Shown here in pieces: positions 1 through 8,397 of a stretch of DNA of 64,000 nucleotides. The DNA is from an uncultured virus (IMG/VR IMGVR_UViG_3300010885_015975) (lineage: Duplodnaviria > Heunggongvirae > Uroviricota > Caudoviricetes). Location: the IMG/VR virus record IMGVR_UViG_3300010885_015975; one strand, 5' to 3'. The position numbers were made by a program, and so were the translations under genes. The notes beneath the pieces are model-generated. The model was not told where the DNA came from and did not search any database. It saw only the letters and a list, made by a program, of their open reading frames with translations. Numbering within the stretch: the stretch's first letter is position 1; each line of letters starts with the position of its first letter.

Positions 1-438
1 AGAGTTTGGAGAAGAGGTAAGACTCAAGCTCAATCTTTAACAGATAATACTTGTGGTGCAGTTGCTACAGCAATTGGATGGGTTGCAGCAAATGCTCTTG
101 CACCAGTTGTAGCAAACTTTCCAGATGATTATCAAAATTATACACTATGTGCTATACTGTTTCCATTTAAGGCAGCTCTTGCAGCTATACCAACTTATGG
201 TGCTCAAATGGTTTATGCCACTGAAAAAATAAGATTATCTGCAGATACTTTTTTAACAGGTGCATCAGGAATTATTGCTGCTAATGTTGGAGCAGGTATA
301 GATGTATTTTATTGTTCAGGAACATTTATTAATACAGATGATGGATATAATGCTTATATTGATGTTACATCATTTAAAAAATATAATAGTGTTGGAGGAT
401 GGGTAGATTTAACTACATCATTTTTAGCTGGTTTATAA
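1..438 (+). CDS. 5'-truncated protein, possible LCIB/LCIC-type beta-carbonic anhydrase-like fold
   Basis: Frame 1 is open from base 1 (RVWRRGKTQAQSLTDNTCGAVATAIGW...) to TAA at 438, so the listed 208 start is internal. The R-x-G...T-C-G-A-V motif and the C-terminal DVFYCSGTFINT strand resemble my recollection of the LCIB family. Confidence 0.45.
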   Translation, partial: RVWRRGKTQAQSLTDNTCGAVATAIGWVAANALAPVVANFPDDYQNYTLCAILFPFKAALAAIPTYGAQMVYATEKIRLSADTFLTGASGIIAANVGAGIDVFYCSGTFINTDDGYNAYIDVTSFKKYNSVGGWVDLTTSFLAGL

Positions 439-449
439 AATAAAAAGTT

Positions 450-722
450 ATGGCAAAGACAGCAGCTTGGACTAGAAAAGAAGGTAAAAATAAAACCGGA
501 GGTTTAAATGCAAAGGGAGTAGCCAGTTATAGAGCAGCTAATCCGGGATCTAAACTTAAGATGGCAGTTACTACTAAGCCATCTAAGTTGGATCCAAATG
601 GCAAAGCAGCAAAGAGAAGAAAAAGTTTTTGTGCAAGAATGTCTGGTATGCCTGGTCCTGCAAAAAAACCAAATGGAGAGCCTACAAGAAAGACTCTTGC
701 TTTAAGAAAATGGAATTGTTAA
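450..722 (+). CDS. Small Lys/Arg-rich phage protein (DUF6321-like)
   Basis: AWTRKEGKN..GGLNAKG.ASY and RRKSFCARM...LRKW.C pattern is typical of this phage family; A-rich start context. Confidence 0.7.
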   Translation: MAKTAAWTRKEGKNKTGGLNAKGVASYRAANPGSKLKMAVTTKPSKLDPNGKAAKRRKSFCARMSGMPGPAKKPNGEPTRKTLALRKWNC

Positions 723-741
723 CTTTTAAAAATAAAATATC

Positions 742-984
742 ATGGGTAATTGTATGAGTTGTGGTGGACCCACTATAAAAAAGAAAATGGCAAAAGGTGG
801 TTCAATAGCTGCTGGTATTCCTTATGCTGCTGGTGCTGGTCAAACAGATGGTAAAAATGGAATGATGAAAAAAGGTGGTACTGTTTCAAAACGTGCTAAG
901 TTAGCTGCATTAGCTGCTCCAAAAAATAAAATTACAAGAGCAGATATTATTACTGGTGCAAAAAGAAATGCAAAGAAAAAGTAA
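742..984 (+). CDS. Small basic protein with MAKGG/MKKGG motifs, probable virion core protein
   Basis: 80 aa, Lys/Ala/Gly-rich, N-terminal CxxC, co-oriented and tightly packed. Confidence 0.7.
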   Translation: MGNCMSCGGPTIKKKMAKGGSIAAGIPYAAGAGQTDGKNGMMKKGGTVSKRAKLAALAAPKNKITRADIITGAKRNAKKK

Positions 985-986
985 TC

Positions 987-1142
987 ATGGCTACTGCAAA
1001 GAAAAAAACTGATAAGAAGTGGATTCAAAAAGCAGTCAACCCTAAACATAAAGGTTATTGTACTCCTATGTCAAAACCTACATGTACTCCAAAGAGAAAA
1101 GCTTTGGCAAGAACTTTTAAAGCAATGGCAAAAAACAAATAA
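987..1142 (+). CDS. Small Lys-rich protein, 51 aa (missing from ORF track)
   Basis: ATG 987 to TAA 1142 reads MATAKKKTDKKWIQKAVNPKHKGYCTPMSKPTCTPKRKALARTFKAMAKNK and fills the gap between neighbours (2-nt and 1-nt spacers). Confidence 0.8.
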   Translation: MATAKKKTDKKWIQKAVNPKHKGYCTPMSKPTCTPKRKALARTFKAMAKNK

Positions 1143-1143
1143 A

Positions 1144-1605
1144 ATGAAAAAGACTAATAAGGAAAACCCATTAACTTTTTTTAGAAAAGCAAATGAGGCT
1201 AGACAAAAGGTTGTAAAAAACTCTTTAACTAAAGCTAGAAATGGTATTGTTGTACCTGCTGTAGCAGATGCTATTCGTGAAGCTCGATACTATTCTATTA
1301 ATAAAGATGGTATATTAAATACAAATAATAGAAGTAATGTAGATACTGTGAACCAATCAATTCTTGATAAGACTCAATCTACATCTTCTGCTCCTAATAA
1401 TCCTAGAATGGATTATTTAGATAAACAAACTATTGTACAACAAGCTAGAGATAAATATAGTAATGCAAAAAAATCAGCTATGTCACAGGAAATGTACAAA
1501 ACTCAAATGGATTCTATAACTAATAAACCAAAGTCTAATACACCTATAATGGATAGTATTATTAAACAAAAAAAAGGTGGTTCTGTAAAGTCCAAAAAGA
1601 AATAA
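1144..1605 (+). CDS. Basic hypothetical protein with KARNG and QKKGG motifs
   Basis: 153 aa ORF, tightly packed; shares the motifs seen in the cargo proteins. Confidence 0.75.
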   Translation: MKKTNKENPLTFFRKANEARQKVVKNSLTKARNGIVVPAVADAIREARYYSINKDGILNTNNRSNVDTVNQSILDKTQSTSSAPNNPRMDYLDKQTIVQQARDKYSNAKKSAMSQEMYKTQMDSITNKPKSNTPIMDSIIKQKKGGSVKSKKK

Positions 1606-1608
1606 GAG

Positions 1609-2307
1609 ATGTTAAATAGTACGATAACCATAAAGATGAAGCAAAGGCTTAACAAGCTGGACAGTCAGGACTATGACAACATAACCTGCTGGCAAGTAGT
1701 TGAGTCTTTTAATAAAGCTCAGGTAGAATGGGTAAGAAGACAGCTTCATGGTATTAATGTGGTTAAGGAAGGTGATGAACAATCCAATAGAAGAAAGGAT
1801 GATTTACAAAAACTTCTGATTAAAGAACCTATTGTTACTACAAAAAAAACAGACTATTATTTTGCAGATCTTCCTGATAACTATTTACAGTGGAAAAGAG
1901 TAGATGCTTTTGCTAAAAAAGATTGTTGTGATAGTAGAAGGATGACTGTTTATTTAGGAGAAGAAGGAAACTTAAGTCAACTATTAAGAGATAAATCTAA
2001 ACAACCAAACTTTGAGTGGGGTGAAACATTTGCTACATTGATAAACAATGATCTAAATATTTACACTAACAATGAGTTTGATGTTGAAGATGCATATCTT
2101 ACATACTACAGACAACCAAGAAAAATTCAAATTAAAGATTGTTCTGATCCCTACACCGGACTTATCTCTACAGTAGAAGTACAATCTGAATTTAAAGATG
2201 ATATCATAGAAGTAATAATAGATGAAGCAGTAAGTATAATGGCTGGAGACATTGAATCAGGAAATCAATTTTCAAGAAGTCAAGAAGCTGCAGAACGAAA
2301 TAACTAA
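1609..2307 (+). CDS. crAss-like tail ring / head-tail adaptor protein
   Basis: 232 aa; FNKAQ..W, LPDNYL, LTYYRQP and EVIIDEAV pattern and its position in the structural block match crAss-like ring proteins. Confidence 0.6.
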   Translation: MLNSTITIKMKQRLNKLDSQDYDNITCWQVVESFNKAQVEWVRRQLHGINVVKEGDEQSNRRKDDLQKLLIKEPIVTTKKTDYYFADLPDNYLQWKRVDAFAKKDCCDSRRMTVYLGEEGNLSQLLRDKSKQPNFEWGETFATLINNDLNIYTNNEFDVEDAYLTYYRQPRKIQIKDCSDPYTGLISTVEVQSEFKDDIIEVIIDEAVSIMAGDIESGNQFSRSQEAAERNN

Positions 2308-2314
2308 ATAAAAA

Positions 2315-2833
2315 ATGGAGGCAAAACCTAGATTGTTAAAAAGAACTAATGAACCTACAAAAACTGTTAGTAGACCAGAAGTTACTGTAACACAACCTAA
2401 GAGTGAACCAGCTAAACCACAACCTACTCCAAGTACTGGAGTTGGTGGTAGTTCGTTAGATACTATGACATCAGCTTGTGCAACAGAGATGATGAATGCT
2501 GCAATCAGTTTTCATAGACTTCACTTAAAAGTTAAGGGAGATGGATCCTTTGCAGCACATACAGCACTTAATCCATTTTATCAAGGTCTTCATGATCATG
2601 CAGATACTTTAGTAGAGGGATACCAAGGTGTAACAGAAAAGATTTTAACTTACTCTGACATGCCTATTAGAACTCTTGATACTGTAGCAGATGGTGTTGC
2701 ATATCTAAGAGATATGTATAACATAATTAACAAACTACAAGGCATGATGCCTTACTCTGAGATTGTTAATAATTTAGATTTAGTTAAAGAGTCTATTACA
2801 TCAACTAAGTATAAACTTCTTTTCTTAAAATAA
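2315..2833 (+). CDS. Dps/ferritin-like four-helix protein (DUF5856-like) with Pro/Thr/Lys-rich N-terminal extension
   Basis: HRLHL....SFAAHTAL..FY..L.DHADTLVEGYQG and terminal KYKLLFLK match the phage Dps-like pattern. Confidence 0.75.
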   Translation: MEAKPRLLKRTNEPTKTVSRPEVTVTQPKSEPAKPQPTPSTGVGGSSLDTMTSACATEMMNAAISFHRLHLKVKGDGSFAAHTALNPFYQGLHDHADTLVEGYQGVTEKILTYSDMPIRTLDTVADGVAYLRDMYNIINKLQGMMPYSEIVNNLDLVKESITSTKYKLLFLK

Positions 2834-2852
2834 TTTTGTTATTTAAAAAACT

Positions 2853-2865
2853 TTTTGTATATTAT
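2853..2865 (+). promoter_or_regulatory. Putative phage late promoter motif TTTTGTATATTAT
   Basis: The same motif recurs in the intergenic gaps before 8398, 12040 and 27101. Confidence 0.55.
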
Positions 2866-2897
2866 AGTATATATTTATAAATTAAAACTTAGAAAAA

Positions 2898-4580
2898 ATG
2901 GCTTATTTTAATCATGCTTTTCAAAAAGCATTCCTAGCATCCGGGGTCACACAAACAGCTTATGCTGTTACTTTCCCTGACGGGAGCACTATTGCTACAA
3001 CTACTGCTGGTGGTTATGTAACTACAAATGGTGTTCCAACTTATGGGTTAAATCAGTTAAAAGCTAATGCAGCTTTAACTCAACCTGCTTCAGAGACAGG
3101 ATACATTGGTATCTTTGATCCAAAAACTAACTTGACTATTACTCCAACAGAATGTTGTAATGTATATCTTGCTGGTTCAGCAATTTTTGCAAATGACAAA
3201 ATTGGTCCTTTAGCAGGTGGTTACATTGAGACTAACAAGTCTAAAATGATTAACCCTAAGTATGTATCTAGATACTACACAGTAGCTCCATGTGAACCAC
3301 AGAACAATGTAATTCACGTAGGTTCTACTTACTGGACTGCAGGTGGTGGTATTTTAACAGTAAACACTACTGTTACAGGAACTAACACATTATATGCTAC
3401 ATCAGCAACAGGTGTTGTTGCTGCTCCAGTTACTACTACAGGAACAGGACAAGGTTTAGTAATTTCTTATAATACTACTTCTGGTGGTAAAGTAAGTAAT
3501 AGTTCAGTTACTATTATTAATCCAGGAAAAGGATATGCTGTAGGTGATACAGTTACTATTCCTTATGCATCTGGTGCAGCTGGAAATGCAATTGTTACAA
3601 TTCTTACTGTAACTGATTCTCATGCTCAAACAGGATGTGGAATTTCTCCAGATTGTTGTAAAGAATATTTATGTGGTGAAACATACAGTCTACGTTTAGA
3701 CATTAAAGGTTCTCCTGCACTAAGATTCTTAGATCACAATGCATATAATACTGTTGATGCTTACACAGGATGTTGTGATCCAGCTAGTATTGCTCCAACT
3801 GCAGTTGACTCAACTGAAGTAATGATCTTATGGGCAAATGGAATTACTAACAATCCAATTGTATCTCCTTTTGTACAAGTTGTTGTACAAGCAGAAGATG
3901 GTACTCTTTGGTATGCACCAGGAACATCTGCAACTTTCTTAGCTGCTAATGGTGCTGATACTTGGAATAACTATGTATCTGCTGGTCATACAGATGGAGA
4001 ATGTGCTGGTTTAATCTTAAACGGAGCTTATGTTGATACTAAATTTGGTGATTGTACATTCCAATTGACTGACTTCTATGAAGTTGAGCCAGTTAGATTG
4101 TATGCATCAGAAGTTGACTTAACAGGTGATCCATGTACATTTACAACTTTATGTGTTGTTACTGAGTGTGAAGGTTTACAAGTTCAAGGTTTAGGAGAAA
4201 CAGTTTTAAGAGAATTGACTATGTCAGAATCTTACAGACAAAACTTCTTGGCTACAGACTTACGTATCCGTGAGATTACTCAAGGAAATCAAATTGTTAA
4301 TTCAATTGACAGAAATGGATTGTACTACAGATATAATATTTTACATAGTGTACCTCGTTTTAATAATCCATCTGGAACATTTGATAATGACCAATACTTA
4401 TTGCAAATTTATTCACTTGGTGCATTAACTACATTTGATACTAATGTAACAAATTGGTTAGACGGGTGTGGAGTTTGTGAAATTGATGATGCATTTGCAT
4501 GTATAACTGAATGTAATGTTCCAGTTAACTTCCCAGCAATTCCAGTATACAATCCGTACAATGTAGTTTCTTGTAACTAA
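2898..4580 (+). CDS. Abundant Cys-rich virion structural protein (auxiliary capsid-like) with an inserted Thr/Gly-rich beta domain
   Basis: 560 aa, own upstream motif and downstream terminator. Position between the ring gene and the tail-hub-like gene follows crAss-like order. The insert contains IINPGKGYAVGDTVTI. Confidence 0.55.
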   Translation: MAYFNHAFQKAFLASGVTQTAYAVTFPDGSTIATTTAGGYVTTNGVPTYGLNQLKANAALTQPASETGYIGIFDPKTNLTITPTECCNVYLAGSAIFANDKIGPLAGGYIETNKSKMINPKYVSRYYTVAPCEPQNNVIHVGSTYWTAGGGILTVNTTVTGTNTLYATSATGVVAAPVTTTGTGQGLVISYNTTSGGKVSNSSVTIINPGKGYAVGDTVTIPYASGAAGNAIVTILTVTDSHAQTGCGISPDCCKEYLCGETYSLRLDIKGSPALRFLDHNAYNTVDAYTGCCDPASIAPTAVDSTEVMILWANGITNNPIVSPFVQVVVQAEDGTLWYAPGTSATFLAANGADTWNNYVSAGHTDGECAGLILNGAYVDTKFGDCTFQLTDFYEVEPVRLYASEVDLTGDPCTFTTLCVVTECEGLQVQGLGETVLRELTMSESYRQNFLATDLRIREITQGNQIVNSIDRNGLYYRYNILHSVPRFNNPSGTFDNDQYLLQIYSLGALTTFDTNVTNWLDGCGVCEIDDAFACITECNVPVNFPAIPVYNPYNVVSCN

Positions 4581-4605
4581 TCAAGTAACTCAAATTTAAA
4601 AACAT

Positions 4606-4644
4606 AAAGGGGAGAAGAGTTCTAAACTCCTTTCCCCTTTTTTT
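4606..4644 (+). terminator. Rho-independent terminator
   Basis: AAAGGGGAGAAGAGTT-CTA-AACTCCTTTCCCC followed by T7. Confidence 0.85.
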
Positions 4645-4654
4645 ATTATACACT

Positions 4655-5197
4655 ATGGCAAATCACGTCTTAAGTTTAGAAGTACCTACAGTTTTAAATA
4701 CATGTATATTAACTGTTATGGATACTAGTGTTTACACAGATCTAATTCCAGTTGTATGTGAAACATTGGCTATTACAGTGCCAGGTTTCAATTACTCTGT
4801 TGAATTACCTGTTAGTTCAGGTTTTATTCAGAACTTGACTGCTTGTGACTTAGGCTTACAAACAGCAGACTGTGGTACAAGTTATGTAGATATTCCAGAT
4901 GGAATTTACATAATTAAATATAGTGTATCTCCAAATGATCAAGTGTACGTAGAGTACAATCATTTAAGAATATCAAAAGCATTAAACCTATACAACAAAG
5001 TTTTATGTCAAGTAGATGTAAATGCATGTGATCCTCCTTTTGTAATCAAAGAAAAGTTAGAAGCATTGAGATTAATTTTCATGTATCTTCAAGCTGCAAT
5101 ATCAAAAGTAGAAACATGTCACGAGCCTCAGAAAGGAATGAGCTTGTACAACTATGCAATGAAACTCTTGAAAAAAATGAGTTGTGTAAATTGTTAA
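4655..5197 (+). CDS. crAss-like tail hub-type structural protein
   Basis: LAITVPGF and DIPDGIYIIKYSV motifs plus a helical C-terminus resemble a conserved crAss-like structural gene. Confidence 0.6.
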   Translation: MANHVLSLEVPTVLNTCILTVMDTSVYTDLIPVVCETLAITVPGFNYSVELPVSSGFIQNLTACDLGLQTADCGTSYVDIPDGIYIIKYSVSPNDQVYVEYNHLRISKALNLYNKVLCQVDVNACDPPFVIKEKLEALRLIFMYLQAAISKVETCHEPQKGMSLYNYAMKLLKKMSCVNC

Positions 5198-5218
5198 ATA
5201 ATTTAAAAACCAACAAAA

Positions 5219-5404
5219 ATGAGTGCATGTCCAAATTGCAAAGCAACGTTGTCTTGTGGATGCCAAAAGAAAAAAGCTACTAACGGAGTATTTGTATGTA
5301 AGAATTGTATACAAAGTTATGAGAATTCTATTAAGGTATTAACAGATACAATTAAAAGTGCAGAACCAAAAACATCGGGTCTAAATAGATATAATAAAAA
5401 GTAA
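5219..5404 (+). CDS. Small Cys-rich (Zn-finger-like) protein
   Basis: CPNC....SCGC...CKNC in 61 aa. Confidence 0.7.
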   Translation: MSACPNCKATLSCGCQKKKATNGVFVCKNCIQSYENSIKVLTDTIKSAEPKTSGLNRYNKK

Positions 5405-5406
5405 TT

Positions 5407-8364
5407 ATGAGTGTAACAACATTATATCCTTATTATAAATTTACAAAATGTTGTGATGACTCTGTAATTTATTTTACAGGAAGTCTTACTATTACATCTG
5501 GTAATATTTATACTTTTTCAGGTACTACTCCTTTTGTAGGAAGTGGTGGTTCATTAGAACCGGACTTCTGTTATGTTATAGAATCACTTATAAGTCAAAC
5601 ACCTGTTTTATATCCTGCTGCACCACCAAGTGTTCAATTGCAATATGTAACCACATGTGATGATCCAAAGTGTGCACCATGTACAGTCATAACTTGTGAG
5701 TGTCCGGAAGGATATGTAGAAATAGATGGGGAGTGTGTTGAAACAGTTATTATAGAAGCTACTTATACTGGTACTACAGTACAACTTAATGCTGCAGCTA
5801 ATCAGATATCATTTAATAAATTTGGTTTAAGACTTTATCCAGATATTACAGCTAGTGTTAAACCACTTCTTGGTAGTGGAAATCCATATTTAGTAAAAGC
5901 TAATAATGGTGCCGGAGCTACTATTACTCCTCTTATATCAGGAGTACAGTCCACATTATGGGGATGTGAAACACCTACAGCTTGTTCAACATTTACTGGT
6001 CCCACAAGTAGTTATGGGGGACGATTAAATATTACAGGTTTATGGAATACTGCTTATAATGTAACTACAGGAGATGGTCCTGAATTAAGTTTTGAGTATT
6101 GTATAGAAATTGCAGAAACAAAACAATATCTTGTTGGAATAGCTGGAGATAATAAAGTTAAACTTTATGTTGATGGTGTATTAAATGTATTTTTAAATGT
6201 AGGGGGAGCTAGTGGTACGGCACCTTTTAATTGGTGGCATGTATTTCCTATTACATTAACTGCAGGTACACATGTTATAAGACTTGGTGGTATAAATGTA
6301 GGTAACACACCTGGTGCTTTTGCTGGTGAAATATATGATATTGATCTTGCAACTTTCCAATCTACTCTTACATTTCCTGCATTAGGTGCAGGAAACTGTG
6401 GTAATACAATTGCAAATTTAGAACCATATATTATATTTTCAACTGAAGATATGATTGGACTAAATGTTCCTAATCCAAGTACTCCTGGTGTTTGGGAATG
6501 TCCTGAAGGATATACTTTAAATGAATGTTTAGGTGTTCCTGTATGTACAATTGAAACTAGATTTCTTTTAGAATGTGCATGTTATTTATTAATTCCATGT
6601 GATGGTATAACTCCTCCATTTATAAGCATTACAGCTAATTTAGAAAATTATGTTAATGAATTTGTATCTGTTACTTATGGTGAATTTACTGGTTGTGTTT
6701 ATGTTGTTCTACAAGAAGATGAAACAACTTGTGAAAATGGTGTTGAGGTAATTATTGACGGTGACATTACATGTGATTGTGATACAATTTGTTACTTTAT
6801 TGAAGGAGCTCAAGGAATTACTTATGTTCAATATATTGATAATGAAGATCAGTTATTACAGATTACACCAGCTGCTACACAACCATGGTTAACACTATGT
6901 TCTAAAATATATCCTATTGTTGGAAATACATCAACTGATTACACGATAAGTCCACAAGGAGATTGTATTGACAATGATTGTCCTCCAAAATGTTATAAGC
7001 TTATAGATTGTGAGGATCCATTAAATATTCTTTTTAGCACTTCATTTGTTTTACTACCACATGCTATAAATCAAGATGTAATAAAAATTGCTGGTTATAC
7101 AGAATGTTGGTTAGTAGAAATTACTGAAGAAGATTGTGATTGTGCAATTGATGTACGTGTAGTATTTAATACTAGTACTTGTGAAGAATGTAAGGAAATA
7201 ATTGCTTATAAACTAACAAGTTGTAATGAATCATTTAATACTCAATATACTTATGATGATTTATCACAGTATGTAGATCAAACTTTGTTAACAGATTGTG
7301 GTTGTTTTATAGTAGAACTAATTAACTATGCACCACCATCTATACAAACAATAGTTATTATTACATCTTTTATTGATTGTGTTTCATGTGAAAGACCTTA
7401 CTATAGATTAACTGAATGTAATACAGATGAAACAATAGATACTTTTACTGACATAAGTCAATATATAGGTCAGGTTGTAAATCTTGCTAACTGTGATGGT
7501 TGTTATGAGGTTGAGTTAGTTATAATTCCTATTAATCCAAGTATTGTTACAGTAACTAATTCTTATAACAATTGTGTTACTTGTGCTACAACAGCACCAT
7601 GTATTTGTTCTAATGTAAGAAATGATAATACAATTGCTTATACATATGACTACATTAATTGTTATGGGGATACTGTAGCAGTCACTGTACAACCAGGAGA
7701 GACAAGTCCTAAGATTTGTTTAATTAAATGGTTAGAACCAGAAGGATGTGACTGTTTAATTAGAACAGTAACTATTGGATCTAGTGTAACTAGTACTGTA
7801 TTAAATGCATCAGGTACTTTAATTAATTTTAAAAATTCTTGGGATGCATTTCCAGGGGGATCATTATATATTTATTATAATGGTACTCAATGGATTATGA
7901 ACAATTCTGCGGAAGAACCACAGTACTATTTACCTCCATCAAAATCTGATTGTCCTTCAGGAATTTGGAAACCTTTTTCAAGCATTCCTCAAGAAACTCC
8001 TACCGTAATATCAACAGTATCATGTCAAAGTTTTTACCAATACTTTGGAGACTGTAACAATGGAGTATGTCCTGCTCCAATATATCCTAAAAGAGGAATC
8101 AAACCTGGTTATAATACACCGGCTTGTAGTGCAGAGAAATATGAAGAGATTTCATGTAGATCATCACAAATTTTGTACAGACAAGTTCTTGAATTAAGAT
8201 ATGGAATATCAAACTGTTGTCCTGAAGAAGATGAGTATTGGTTGGTTAAAAAGGAATTAATAGATTTAGCAGCATTGTATAATCCGGATTACATATGTGC
8301 CCCTGCAAATAGTTGTGGTTGTGGTCAACCTAATGATTGTGGATGCAATACTTGCAATTCTTAA
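5407..8364 (+). CDS. Cys-rich tail fibre/hub protein with repeats and a PA14/jelly-roll-like insert
   Basis: 985 aa with repeated Y-x-L-x-x-C units; insert YLVGIAGDNKVKLYVDG...PITLTAGTHVIRLGGIN is PA14/galactose-binding-like. Confidence 0.6.
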   Translation: MSVTTLYPYYKFTKCCDDSVIYFTGSLTITSGNIYTFSGTTPFVGSGGSLEPDFCYVIESLISQTPVLYPAAPPSVQLQYVTTCDDPKCAPCTVITCECPEGYVEIDGECVETVIIEATYTGTTVQLNAAANQISFNKFGLRLYPDITASVKPLLGSGNPYLVKANNGAGATITPLISGVQSTLWGCETPTACSTFTGPTSSYGGRLNITGLWNTAYNVTTGDGPELSFEYCIEIAETKQYLVGIAGDNKVKLYVDGVLNVFLNVGGASGTAPFNWWHVFPITLTAGTHVIRLGGINVGNTPGAFAGEIYDIDLATFQSTLTFPALGAGNCGNTIANLEPYIIFSTEDMIGLNVPNPSTPGVWECPEGYTLNECLGVPVCTIETRFLLECACYLLIPCDGITPPFISITANLENYVNEFVSVTYGEFTGCVYVVLQEDETTCENGVEVIIDGDITCDCDTICYFIEGAQGITYVQYIDNEDQLLQITPAATQPWLTLCSKIYPIVGNTSTDYTISPQGDCIDNDCPPKCYKLIDCEDPLNILFSTSFVLLPHAINQDVIKIAGYTECWLVEITEEDCDCAIDVRVVFNTSTCEECKEIIAYKLTSCNESFNTQYTYDDLSQYVDQTLLTDCGCFIVELINYAPPSIQTIVIITSFIDCVSCERPYYRLTECNTDETIDTFTDISQYIGQVVNLANCDGCYEVELVIIPINPSIVTVTNSYNNCVTCATTAPCICSNVRNDNTIAYTYDYINCYGDTVAVTVQPGETSPKICLIKWLEPEGCDCLIRTVTIGSSVTSTVLNASGTLINFKNSWDAFPGGSLYIYYNGTQWIMNNSAEEPQYYLPPSKSDCPSGIWKPFSSIPQETPTVISTVSCQSFYQYFGDCNNGVCPAPIYPKRGIKPGYNTPACSAEKYEEISCRSSQILYRQVLELRYGISNCCPEEDEYWLVKKELIDLAALYNPDYICAPANSCGCGQPNDCGCNTCNS

Positions 8365-8369
8365 TAATT

Positions 8370-8382
8370 ATTTGTATATTAT
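8370..8382 (+). promoter_or_regulatory. Putative late promoter motif ATTTGTATATTAT
   Basis: Copy of the recurrent intergenic motif. Confidence 0.55.
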
Positions 8383-8397
8383 ATTAATAGAAAAAGT

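Noticed and set aside
2898..4580. Major capsid protein or contractile tail sheath
   Set aside because: No HK97 or sheath signature recognised; ring and muzzle genes with no tape measure or baseplate point to a short-tailed virion.
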